Assembly (NCBI GenBank): GCA_040218735.1
Contig: JAVJQW010000069.1
Span: 1 to 64,000, forward strand
Reading direction: 5' to 3'
Origin: Deltaproteobacteria bacterium
GTDB taxonomy: Bacteria > Myxococcota > Kuafuiibacteriia > Kuafuiibacteriales > Kuafuiibacteriaceae
Length of the DNA: 64,000 bases
Part shown: positions 1-11,500 of the stretch, piece after piece
Layout of the letters: each line of letters begins with the position of its first letter
How positions within the stretch are numbered: the stretch's first letter is position 1
Position numbers and translations under genes: made by a program
Notes under the pieces: model-generated
What the model saw: the letters and a program-made list of their open reading frames with translations, nothing else
What the model was told of the DNA's origin: nothing
The model's database searches: none

Positions 1-1
1 G

Positions 2-3000
2 GTGCACGACCTCGCGACGCGCCGAGAGACGGTCACGAACCGTCTCGGCGACACGACGTACTTCGACTACGACGTGCGCGGCAACGTGGTGCAGGAGACC
101 TATCCGGACAGCACGTTCATCACGCGCACGTTCGACCTCGATGACAACGTCACCACGATGACCGACGAGCTCGGCCGTACGACGACGTACACCCACGACG
201 CCTACGGAAACGTGCTCACCGAGTCGAACGCCCTCGGCGAGACGTCGACCACGACGTACACCGCGCTGGGGGACGTCGCGACGGTCACGGATCCGCGCGG
301 TGCCGTGACGACCTACGGGTACGACGGCAACGGCAACCTACGGTTCATCACAGACCCCGAGGGCAACGAGACCGAGATGCGGTACGACAACTTCGGGCAG
401 GTGATCCTCGAGATCGATCCGCGCGGGTTCCGCCGTCGGTACCAGTACAGCGGATTCGGACAGATCTCACGCGAGGTCGACGAGCGCGACGTTCCGACGC
501 TGCGGACGTACGACGCCAACGGCGTGATGCTCACGGAGACGACGACGCGCTCGGTCGGCGGGCAGGTCGAAACGCTGGTCACGACCTACGTGCCGGACGC
601 CCTGGGGCGTGTCGTTCAGACGACGTTCCCGGACGGCGCGACGACCTCGATGGCCTACGACGAAGCGGGGAGGGTGACGGAGCGAACCGACGAGCTCGGG
701 CGCGTGACGGGCATGGTCTACAACGCCCGAGGCGAGCAGACCCGCATGAACTATCCCGATGGCACGTCGTCATCGATGACGTACGACGCCGAGGGCCGAA
801 TGCTCACGCGGACGGACCGTGGTGGTCGCACGCGGACGATGACGTACGACTCGCGGGGCCGGATGACGACGACGGTCGAGCCGGACAACGCAACGACGAC
901 GCGGGAGTACGACAGCGCAGGCCAGATGGTCGCGTCAATCGATCCGAACGGAAACCGGACCGAGTACGAGTACGACGATGCCGGTCGGCTCGCGCTCACG
1001 CGCGACGCCCTTCTGAACGAGACGACGCGGACCTACGATGCGGCCGGGAGTCTCGCGACCATCACGAACGCTAAGGACCAGGTGACGACGTACTTCTACG
1101 ATTTGCGCGGACTTCGGACGCGCGTGGTCTACAACGACGCGAGCGAGGAGCGTATGGTGTACGACGCCTCGGGGAACGTCGTCACGAAGTACGACGCAGA
1201 AGACGACACGATGACGTACGCGTATGACGGTGCCGGGCTGCTGACGGCCGTGACGGACGGGCGCGGGGACACGTGGACGTTTGCCTATGACGAGCTTAGG
1301 AACCGCGTTAGCCAGACGGACCCGAACAACCACACGACGTCGTTCGGGTTTGATGTGCGCTCGCGAGAGACGGCGCGAACGTTGCCCGACAGCCTATCGG
1401 AGACGCGGACCTACGACGTGCGCGGAAACCTGTCGACGCGGACGAGCTACTCGGGTCTGACGACGACGACCCACGGGTACGACCTGAACGACCGCCTCAT
1501 CTCGCGTACGGCCACGGACATGGCGACGGTCTCCTTTGGCTACACGCCGACGGGTCGGCGCGACCAGGTCATCGATCCTCGCGGACTGACCGACTATGGG
1601 TACGACACGCGCGACCGAATGACGTCGATCGTCTACCCGGACGGATCGAGCATCGTCTACACGTACGACGCCGCAGGAAACCTCGCGACGATGCAGTCGA
1701 CGGTGGGCTCGACGAGCTGGACGGAGACGTACGGCTACAACGAACGCAACGAGCTCACGAGCGTCGAAGTCGACAGCCTGGTCTTCACGCTGAGCTACGA
1801 CGAAACGGGGCAGGTCTCGTCGATCGCGTACCCTAACGGCGTAACGACGACGTACACGTACGATGACGTGGACCGCCTAGCGAGCATCGTGACGGCCAAC
1901 GACCAGGCCACCGTGCTCGCGAGCTACGCTTACACGCGGTATCCGGACGGAAACATCGAGACGATCACCGAGGCGGACGGAACGCTCTACGACTACGCGT
2001 ACGATGAAGCGAATCGGCTGGTGCAGGCGACCGTCACATCGAGCACCTCCGCGTTGGTGTACGCAGAGGGCTTTGCGTTCGACGCGGCAGGAAACAGAAG
2101 CACCCGCTTCTATACGCCGGCGTCCGGGGTGCAGGAGACATACTCATACAGCTACGATTCGAGAGACCGCATTCAAAGCGACGCGACGGACAGTTATGCG
2201 TTCGACGACGATGGACGCATGGTGTCCCGGGGTGTGCAGGCCCTAACATGGAACTCCCAGGACCATCTGGTGTCGATCGACTATGGTGACGGGCGCTTCG
2301 CGACCAACTCCTACGACACCGATGGTGTTCTTGTGGCCGCGCAACTAGCCGGCACGTCGGGGACAAGTAGTGCAACTCAATACCTCAACAGTTTGAGGAG
2401 AGACCGGCTCCCGTACACAATCGCCGACATCGATGCGAACACAGGCGCGGTGGTACGACGGTTCGTGAGGGCTGAGGGGACTCTGGTCGGTGTGCTTGGT
2501 GTCGGTGGCAGTGTTGCATATATTCACACCGATCATCTACGCTCAGTACGCGCCACTACGGACGCGACAGGTGGTGTCATGAACGCTACAAGCTATGCGC
2601 CAAACGGATCACTGCAGAGCGGCGCACAGGAGCCATTCGGCTATGCGGGTGAAAGAGCCGATGAAGCGAGCGGTCTAGGTTACCACCGGGCGCGGTGGCT
2701 GGAGCCGAATCTCGGGATGTTCCTGTCTAGAGACCCGGCTGGTGGTCTCGCGGGAAGGCCTGCGTCCTTGGGTTCCTACTCCTACGCAAATGGGGATCCT
2801 ACCAATGTGGTAGATCCTTCAGGAGAGTTTGGGCTTCGCGAAGTCGTCCTGGTGGCCGGCATCGCCGCCACGCTCGCCGAGATCGCGTACGTTAATTGGT
2901 CGGCCGTTCGTTCGGTGATAATCGGCGGCAAGAAGATTAGCTTGCAAACACAAGGTATCCCTTCGGAGGCAGTCTTCTCCGCCGCGGCCGTTGCTGCGGA

Positions 3001-3457
3001 GAACGAACTACGGAGCGTCTATGGACCATTCGGCTTCGAAGTCAACCGCAACGGTTCGACATTTGGAGGGCACACAGTCCAATGGTCACGCGGGGAAGGT
3101 GTCTGTCATGATCGCGGCTTCGATGCCGTTACGCCTGTCGGATCACGCAGAAGTATCATCAAGGTTGAAAACATTCGCGCCTGTCTAAGAGATATTCGGG
3201 GTACGCAGCGCTCGATGGCGACTGAGAACGATGAGTTGATTGGACTGCTGACGCTGACTTCGGTGCATGAGACGCTTCATGGCCTTCGCGGGGATCAACT
3301 GCACAGAGATAATGGTTCACCCAACCTGCTGATGAGTGGTCCGCGCGCACTCGGGATGGTGCTTGATGCAGGCGGAACGTTTACGCTGTCGGGCCTCAAG
3401 GGCGCTGGGTTCTTTACTCTAGAGCCAGCCGATGCGGATCGGATCTCCACGAGATGA
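2..3457 (+). CDS. RHS/YD-repeat polymorphic toxin (5' end outside window) with C-terminal metzincin-like HExxH protease tip
   Basis: Dozens of YD repeats; RHS core (YHRARWLEP...FLSRDP...YSYANGDPTNVVDPSG); tip contains VHETLHGLRGDQLH...NLLMSG. Confidence 0.93.
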   Translation: MHDLATRRETVTNRLGDTTYFDYDVRGNVVQETYPDSTFITRTFDLDDNVTTMTDELGRTTTYTHDAYGNVLTESNALGETSTTTYTALGDVATVTDPRGAVTTYGYDGNGNLRFITDPEGNETEMRYDNFGQVILEIDPRGFRRRYQYSGFGQISREVDERDVPTLRTYDANGVMLTETTTRSVGGQVETLVTTYVPDALGRVVQTTFPDGATTSMAYDEAGRVTERTDELGRVTGMVYNARGEQTRMNYPDGTSSSMTYDAEGRMLTRTDRGGRTRTMTYDSRGRMTTTVEPDNATTTREYDSAGQMVASIDPNGNRTEYEYDDAGRLALTRDALLNETTRTYDAAGSLATITNAKDQVTTYFYDLRGLRTRVVYNDASEERMVYDASGNVVTKYDAEDDTMTYAYDGAGLLTAVTDGRGDTWTFAYDELRNRVSQTDPNNHTTSFGFDVRSRETARTLPDSLSETRTYDVRGNLSTRTSYSGLTTTTHGYDLNDRLISRTATDMATVSFGYTPTGRRDQVIDPRGLTDYGYDTRDRMTSIVYPDGSSIVYTYDAAGNLATMQSTVGSTSWTETYGYNERNELTSVEVDSLVFTLSYDETGQVSSIAYPNGVTTTYTYDDVDRLASIVTANDQATVLASYAYTRYPDGNIETITEADGTLYDYAYDEANRLVQATVTSSTSALVYAEGFAFDAAGNRSTRFYTPASGVQETYSYSYDSRDRIQSDATDSYAFDDDGRMVSRGVQALTWNSQDHLVSIDYGDGRFATNSYDTDGVLVAAQLAGTSGTSSATQYLNSLRRDRLPYTIADIDANTGAVVRRFVRAEGTLVGVLGVGGSVAYIHTDHLRSVRATTDATGGVMNATSYAPNGSLQSGAQEPFGYAGERADEASGLGYHRARWLEPNLGMFLSRDPAGGLAGRPASLGSYSYANGDPTNVVDPSGEFGLREVVLVAGIAATLAEIAYVNWSAVRSVIIGGKKISLQTQGIPSEAVFSAAAVAAENELRSVYGPFGFEVNRNGSTFGGHTVQWSRGEGVCHDRGFDAVTPVGSRRSIIKVENIRACLRDIRGTQRSMATENDELIGLLTLTSVHETLHGLRGDQLHRDNGSPNLLMSGPRALGMVLDAGGTFTLSGLKGAGFFTLEPADADRISTR

Positions 3458-4101
3458 GAGGAGGAGGCAGATGTCTTCTCGGGGGGCTTGCGGTGGTTGT
3501 CTGGATGACAACCCCCAGTCCGTCGTTGGCATGCTTCGCGATGGTGAAACAGGCAACGCCGGAAGAGCTGGTAAGAGGGTCGACATCGATTGTCCGGGCA
3601 GAAGCGGTCGAGTTTGTGGGCCGGCCTATCCACGTTCCAGCAGGAGACGAAGGGCTCGCTTTGCTGCAGTTGTTGATGGGAGTGGGCGTTTCGAAGGGCC
3701 CATCTCAGTTCCCCGGTGGACCCCCGTGGTGGCTGGCGCCGTACTACTGGGTGTCGGACTCGGAGTACACCTTGGTTAGGCTGAGAGTCGTTGAGAGTCT
3801 GAAGGGGGCATTTGAGCATGGGGAGTTGCTAACGGCGCTCGCTCGAGATGATTTTCTGGGCAGAAATCAGGGGGACGTGCCCTACAAAACTGCGAGGGTT
3901 GGGGCTGGCGCACTATGTTTTGCGTTGGATTATCGGCTGGGTAGTCAGTATCTCCTGTTGATAAGAAACGATGTTCTGTATTATCAAGCAATGGCTCCTA
4001 CGAACGAAGAGGTAGATGGAGCGACGGATCCTTGGGTTGTATGGGTTCGGTCAACAGTCAGGAGTCAGTCTCTTGGCGAGACTCCCCGCCGCAATCGTTA
4101 G
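3454..4101 (+). CDS. Exported candidate immunity protein, TIMP/NTR-like fold
   Basis: ATGA overlap with toxin stop; signal peptide ending PSLA|C; pattern C...PEELVRGSTSIVRA...LRVVESLKG...LC...GSQYLLL resembles the TIMP N-terminal domain. Confidence 0.65.
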   Translation: MRGGGRCLLGGLAVVVWMTTPSPSLACFAMVKQATPEELVRGSTSIVRAEAVEFVGRPIHVPAGDEGLALLQLLMGVGVSKGPSQFPGGPPWWLAPYYWVSDSEYTLVRLRVVESLKGAFEHGELLTALARDDFLGRNQGDVPYKTARVGAGALCFALDYRLGSQYLLLIRNDVLYYQAMAPTNEEVDGATDPWVVWVRSTVRSQSLGETPRRNR

Positions 4102-4156
4102 AGCTGAGACTGAGAACAGGAATTGTCGCGCGACGGACACAGTCTCTGACGGTGGC

Positions 4157-5130
4157 CTACTTGAACGGAACCTCCACCTTCGCAGCGGCGTCCTGCAGCG
4201 CGCGGTCGGTGCGGCGGTCGTAGCGCGCGGTCGTCTGCACGTTCGCGTGGCCGACCTGGCGTGAGACCGTCGACAGGTCCACACCGCCGTCGAGCAGGTC
4301 CGAGATGAACGTTCGCCTCAGGTCGTGCGGCGTGAACCCGTCCAAGTCCGCCGCGGCCTGGCGCTTGAGGACGACGCGGTAGACGAGCTGGGCGCTGATG
4401 CGCTTGAGGCGGACGCGGCCGGTCTTGGCGACGTGGCCGAACAGAGGCCCGTCGTCGAAGGTGCGGTGCTCGAGCCAACGGGCGAGCGCCCGGACGGCGC
4501 CCTCGGGGAGGAAGACGACGCGCTCCTTGTTGCCTTTGCCGTGGACTCGGATCGAAGGCGCGGCTTCGTCGTAGTCCTCGAGGTCGAGGAGCGTGATCTC
4601 CGCGCGCCGCAGCCCGAGGCCGTACAGGAGCGCGAGGATGGCGGCGTCCCTGGCGCCGGCGGCGCGGTTGTCGTCGACGGCGCAGCCCTCGAAGACGGCG
4701 CGGAGCTCGTCGGCGAGGACGGCGCGGCCGCGGGGCTTGCGTTCGCCTTTGATGGTCCGAACGTCGAGGGCACGGGCGATGGTCTCCTGGTTGACGAGTT
4801 CGAGGCGCCAGCAGGCCTTGAGGACGGCGCGGACGGCGGTGAGGTAGCGATTGGCGGTGGCGTGCGCGTAAAGCTGCTGCAGGCGGCCTCGGAGCGCGCT
4901 GACGTGCTCGGTGCTTAGCTCAGGCGATCATGTGGGCGTCGAGCTTGCCGGCGCTGAGGGTGTCGGCGATCGAGTCGAGCGCGGAGCCCATGACGCGCGC
5001 CGAGGCCTCACCGAGGCCGGACAGGTATTACGTCGACGGGGTGCTGGCCCTCGGCGTAGGCGTACGTGGCCGTCAGCCGAGCGCGCTTGGGGCGCGGGTT
5101 TGCGGCGGGTCAGCAGCTTGCCACGAGTTG
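4157..5130 (-). pseudogene. Frameshifted tyrosine recombinase, paralog of 20894-21895
   Basis: Contains LYGLGLRRAE, GKGNKER, PHDLRRTF, GHANVQTTARYD; compared with the intact copy there is a 5-nt deletion near 4920 (tgg cac gag -> tgag) and a +1 indel near 5028; 5' end degenerate and approximate. Confidence 0.88.
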
Positions 5131-5529
5131 GACGAGGTGAAGTGCTTCGGTCGTCGAGTCCGCCCCGCTCCGACGAGCGAGGGTCGCCCGAAGGCTCACG
5201 GAACAAAGCCGAATCCATTCAATGGACAAGGTCGAACTCGGCGAAGCGAATTGGGTGGTTCGGACTGGGTCACGGAGTACGAGAGCGAAAATTTTCCCAG
5301 CTCAGGATGCGGGGAGGCGACGATCCGCGATGCGTTCACTGTGCGCGTCGGACGCAGATGACTTCCCCGAAGCCAATCATGGCTTACGTTATGTTCGAGC
5401 AGCACCGGCGACGTATTCATCGGAAACGGACCTTGGTGGAAGCCGACCGGTCGATGCTCAGGTAGAGACTCGCCGCGGCGGCGACGATGCAGCTGATCTC
5501 GAGGCCAGCTTTCGGCAGCGCCGCAAGAC

Positions 5530-8500
5530 GTGCAGTGGTTCTCCGCGTTGGTAAACAAGAGCGTCCTTCGACAACTCGGTCTTGCAGTCGCGAGTGCGAC
5601 CGCCGCAATGGCGTGCTCGCCGTCGCCGAATCCAACGAACGTCGATTCGTCGAAAGCGGCACTGGGCACCGTCGAAGATGTGGTCGTCTTCGGTCGTAAC
5701 TCGGTCCGCATCGAGCCGTCATCTGCGGTGCTCGGAGGTGACGTTGCGGTCGAGGCGACGGAGGGCTCGCCGTATCCGACGTCGGGGACCCTCGCGGATG
5801 GAGCGCGCGTCTCCGTGGGCGCGTGGTCGACTATCGGGGGCGACGTCGTCGCGGCGACGGGGCTGTTCGAGTATGGCAGCGAACTCGTCGACGGAAACAA
5901 CTTCGACCGCTACGCGGCACTCGACGGCGTCTTCTACAATGGCCTTCTGCGCGGCGGTGTGAGTCTGCCGATGTCGCCGCTGCCGCCAGCGTTCCCAACG
6001 GTCGCGCCGGTCACGCCGGGCATCGGCACGCTCACGGTGGCAGCCGGGACAAGCCAAACGCTGACGGCGAGCACAAGCTACGAAGCGATCGTGGTCGAGA
6101 CGGGCGCAACGCTCTACCTCGACACCGGCGCGCATCGGGTCGCCACGGTTACGACGAGCACGAACGCGACGATCATCGCGCTCGATCGGGTGGACCTGCG
6201 TATCGCGGATGCGCTGCTGCTCGGCGCGGACAGTGTGCTCACGACGACGACGGGCTTTTCGGCCGGCGACCTTCGAATCGACGTCGCCGGCTTCAACAGT
6301 CCGCCCGACCCGCTGGCGACGGTTCGTGCGGTCGAGTTCGGTGACCGTGCCGAGGTACGCGCGATCATCTTCGCTCCGAATGGCACCGCATGGGTCGGCG
6401 AAGACGCCGTCGTCGACGGTGTCATCTTCGCCCGCGATGTCTGGGTCGACTTCGGTGCGACCGTTGCGTTCGAAGACGGCCGCGATCCCTACGCCAGTGA
6501 CGCGCCGGTCGCCTTCTCGGACCGCTTCTCCGTGAGCGAGGACGCCACACTCGACACAGGCGCGCCGGGCGTTACGTGGAATGACTACGACCCGAACTCC
6601 GGAGACACGCTGACGGCTGAGCTCGTATCGGGCACGACGAGCGGTACGGTCGCGCTGAGCGCTGACGGCAGCTTCGTCTACACCCCCCACACCAACTTCA
6701 CGGGCCAGGACTTCTTCACGTATCGCGTCACGGACGGCACCTACGACTCGTCGACCGCGACCGTGACCATCACCGTCGATGACCAGGACGATGCGCCCCT
6801 CATCGTTTCCGAGCCCGTGCGGACCGCCTTCGTCGGGGCGCTGTGGCGCTACGTCGTCGACGTGACCGATGCCGACACGGACGAGGTCCTGACGTTCAGC
6901 CTCGACTCGGGCGCGCCATCGGGCATGACGATCAGCAGCACGACGGGCGTCGTGACGTGGACGCCCGGCTCGGGTGATGTGGACGTGCACGTCTTCACGG
7001 TGCGCGTGACCGACTCGACAAGTCTGTTCGACACACAGACGCGCGCGCTCGAAGTCACGGCGACGCCGCTCGTCGAAGACTTCACGGTGTACGGCGCCGA
7101 GAGCGTGCAGCTCGACGCCGCAGGCAAATTCGGCGGCGACATCGGCGCAGGCGTCGTCGGAAGCGGGCCGTACCTCGGCAGCGGCTGGTGGGGCACAGCT
7201 CGCACGACGATCGGTGGCTTCGTCGACGGGCGCACGTTCGGCGAGTCCGTGGCGCTCGATTACGGCGTCTACGTCGAAGACATCTACGCGACCGACCTGG
7301 TCCACGACCAGGCGTCGGTGCGCGGCGTCCTCACGTCGCTACCGTCGATGCCGAGCCTTGCCGGTACGACCACAGTCGCGGTCGCGGGTACACTCAACGT
7401 TGCGGCGAGCACGACGCAGACGCTGAGCGCCGGCGCGGCGACTGCGACGATCACGATTGGCGCCGACGCTTGTCTCGAGCTCGAAGAAGGCACGCACGCA
7501 GCGGGTCACATCGATGTGGGGGAGGGCGGCTGCATCGTCGCGTTGGGCCCGATCGTTCTTCGCGTCAACGGTCGCATGGATCTCGCGCAGGGCGCGTACC
7601 TTGGCCAGGCTGACGGCGCGAATCTGTCCGCAGAGCAGATTCAGGTCTTCGTTCATGGCAGCAACGGTGGCAGCGGCGGCCCAACGGACACGCCGTACGC
7701 GTTCGAGGGCGGCTACGAAAGCTCGGTCAACGCGCACGTGTCCGCGCCGAACGGCACCCTCTACCTTGGTCAGCGCTCGGTGAACTGGGGGTCGTTCACG
7801 GGGCAGCACGTTTACGCGGGCGTGGAGTCCTCGACCCACTACGAGGGCGACGACGGAGGTGCATTCGCGGGTTCGCCGGTGTTCCTGACGACGGAGCTCG
7901 TGACCGTGAACGAGGGTCAGACGTACACATACGACGCCCATGCGGTCGACTACGACCCGGGCGATCGGGTGACGTATCGGCTGATGGTTCGTCCCTCATC
8001 CGAGATGAACGTGGATGAAGACACGGGCGTTGTCACGTGGGCTACGACATCTGCGGACGTTGGGACGCATCCGGTCATTCTTCGGGCGGAGGACCTCGCG
8101 GGGAACTATGTCGACCAAGACTACGACCTCACCGTCGTCAACGTGAACGACGCGCCCTCCCTCGCCGGCAACACCGACGTAACGGTCGGCACCGTCGGAC
8201 AGCCCTACGCCTACAGCATCGACGCCACCGACCCCGACCTCGCCGTCAACCCGAGCGAGGACCTCACGTTCTCGCTGGATACGTCCCCCGCGGGGATGAG
8301 CATCAACGAGAGCGACGAAGACACGGCGCTCATCACCTGGACGCCAGCGGCCAACCAGGCCGGAACGAGCACCGTCACCGTTCGCGTGACGGACGCCGGC
8401 GGGCTGTTCGACACGCGGACGTTCTACATCGATGTCGCGTCCGGCAATCAGCCGCCGACGATCACGTCCTCGCCGGTTCTTACCGTCTCGGCGGGCACGG

Positions 8501-11500
8501 GCTGGACCTACCGCGTCGAGTCCACCGACCCCGATCCGGGCGACGTGCCGACCTACACGCTGACCGAGAATCCGGACGGCATGGTGATCGACGAAGACTC
8601 CGGCCTCATTCTATGGCGCAACACCGTCGAGGGCTCGCACGACTTCACGGTCGTGGTGACCGATGTACTCGGCGCGACCGATTCCAACGCGCACACGCTC
8701 GTTGTCGAAGCGGTCAATCGGCCGCCGCAGATCGTCTCCACGGCACCGACAATGGGCATCGTTGGGGCCGAGTACTCCTACGACGTCGATGCGTCCGACC
8801 CGGACGGCGACACCTTGATCTACGCCATCGTGAGCGGCCCGCAGAACGCGCTCATCGATCGCGACACAGGCATGCTCACTTGGACGCCGGCGGTCGGAGA
8901 CCTCAGCGGTGCATCGTTCGTGATCCGCGCGCAGGATCCGGATGGCGCCGAGGCGCTCGATTCGTTCCCCATCTCCGTGTACGCGCCGCCGTCTGCGGCG
9001 CCCATGGCGGCGTTCACGACGGCCCGCGGCAACAACGTTTCGAGCTGGGTCGACGGGGCGCGTGTGGTCGCGGTATCGGCCGGAAGTCTCAACTTCGCGC
9101 AGCAGACGATCGGCAATCCGTCTGGCAGCACGGGCTGGCGGCCTCTCTCCAACGCGAACGAATGGATGGAGGTCGACCTTGCGGGCGATGAGCTCGAGGT
9201 GATCGACCGCGTGCTTCTCTCCGGCTACTCGGCTTCGACCACGCAGAGCATCAACCACTTTGAGGTTGCGGTCTCAACGGACACGGAGCCCGGCGGCGCG
9301 TTCACGACCGTCTTCGCGGGCCAGCTCGAGGCCGACGCCTACCGACAGGAGTTTACGTTTGCGCCGGTGCGCGCGCGATTCGTTCGTCTAACGATGATCA
9401 GCAATCATGGCGCCCCCACCGTGAGCGCGCTCCCGTTCCTCGAGATTCGCAACCGCCCGCGCAACGGCGGCGTGGTGTCGCTCCTCGAGGGCGGGGCGCA
9501 GATCGTGTCGGCGACGGATCCCGACGTGGACGACGCATTCGATTTCAGTGCCTCCAGCTACTGGCGGCACCCTGCGAGCACGGACCCGATCGTTGCGACG
9601 CTACAGCTCGCGACGGCAGCGCCGATCGCGATCGACAAGCTCACCATCGGTCCGGAGAGCTTTGGTAACAGCATGCGCACGTTCGAGTTGCGCGCATCGG
9701 CGACAGGCAGCGCCGACGACGATTTCGTGACGCTGCTACGGGACGAGTACGACTTCAATGGAGCAAACTCAGCCGCGCTCTGGACGCGACGCTACGACTT
9801 CACCGCAACCGACGCTCAGTTCGTTCAGCTCGTTGTCTTCGATAGCTGGAGTCCGGGCATTGATGTCCCCATCAACAACGTTCGCGTCTACTCCCCAGCC
9901 CTCGGCGGACTCACGGTCTCCTTCGACAACGTCACCGATCTGAGTGATGCACTGAACTACAGCTACGCGTGGGACTTCGGTGATGGGCGCACGTCGACGG
10001 AGACGCACCCGACGCATACCTATGCCGATGGCGGTACGTACAACGTCACACTCACCGTTACCGACGCAGGGGGCCTCACGTCGACGGCAAGCGCCGCCTA
10101 CACTGCGATTGAGCCGCCGGTGATCGACTTCGAGTCCAACCCGGACCCGATCTACGAAGGCGATGTCGTCGCGTTTACGAGCTTGGCGACGGCGCCGAGC
10201 GGCACGATCGCGGCGTACGCCTGGTTGCGCGGGGACCAGGCGCCGACGGAGCCCACCTACGTGTCGGCGGCAGGCGTGTCGCCGATCCCCTTCGGCGGGC
10301 AGTCCTATCCGGTCGACGGGACCGTGATGCTCGAACACCGCATTCTGGACGGCTACCTTGTCGAAGGACGGGGGACGCTGCCGGTCGAAGTGTTGCGCCG
10401 GGCGCCGACCTCGACGGTCGATGGCGCGCACGATCTGTACTGGGGCGAGCCTTGGCGCATTACCTCTGCCGTCGACGATCACCTGGATTCGATCAGCTGT
10501 GTCTGGGTCTTTGGCGATGGAACGCCGGATGCCTCGCTTTCGCCCTGCCAGGAGGGCTACGAGCAAGACGTAGTCCATGCCTACGACCAGCCAGGTGACT
10601 ATGTCGCCCGCTTGAACGCCTACGACGAGGACGGCGTCGTAGGATACGGCGAGTTCGAACTACGGGTGCATCGACGCCCGTCCGCGATTCTGATCGCGGG
10701 AACGTCGACGGTGGTCGGCTCGAGTGTCTACGTCGAAGCGTATGTCGTCGACGAGTATGACGGGCGCGGACGCCGAAACGGTTTGGCTGTGGTCTTCGAC
10801 TCAGGCGCCACGTCAGTGGCGACTACGACGGATGCCAACGGTCGCGCGAGCGCATTGATTCCATTCTCGGCGTCGACGGCGTTGCCGGTGACGGTCACGT
10901 TCGACGGCAACGTCGACTACGAGGCGTCGAGCGGGGACTACACGTTCACAACCTACGACGGCTCGGGGGTGCCCATCACCCAGACGCCCACGTGGAGCGG
11001 CAACGAGGGCTCGGAGTTCTACGCTGGTATCCCGTCGTGGAGCTGGGAGCCGCAGCGGATTCCGGAAGAGGATCGGTTGACGCAGTTCCAGTTCGCGTCC
11101 CGCGTACCGACGATCGCAACGGTCTATGGTCCGGCCTTCGGCACGGCACACGTCGCTATTCAACCGGGCGTCGTCACGCAGCTCCAGCTCCCACGCGAGA
11201 TCGACCCAGGGCCATTCGACGTGGGCGGTCGCCTGTCCGTTGGTGGTGGCTTTCGAATCACGTCTCCGCACGCCATCAGTGTGACGCAGCTGCAGGGGTT
11301 GCGGGCGGCGCTCGACTCGGCGCTCTTGATTCCGCGTCCGCGGCTCGGTTCCGACTATGTCACGCCGACGTTCCCTGCGGTCTCGTTCTCGCAAGAGTCG
11401 TATGCTGGCTATCTGAACGCGGTTGGGGTCACGGACAGCACCACGATCTACGTCGATCACTCGACAAGCGCAGGCTCTCCGTCTGGCCCAACGGGCTCCC

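Noticed and set aside
5277-5400. GCGAAAATTTTCC (spacer-less version of site A?) and AAGCCA-ATCA-TGGCTT/TTATGTTCG (dif-like?) upstream of the pseudo-integrase
   Set aside because: Matches are too short or degenerate to support a site call.
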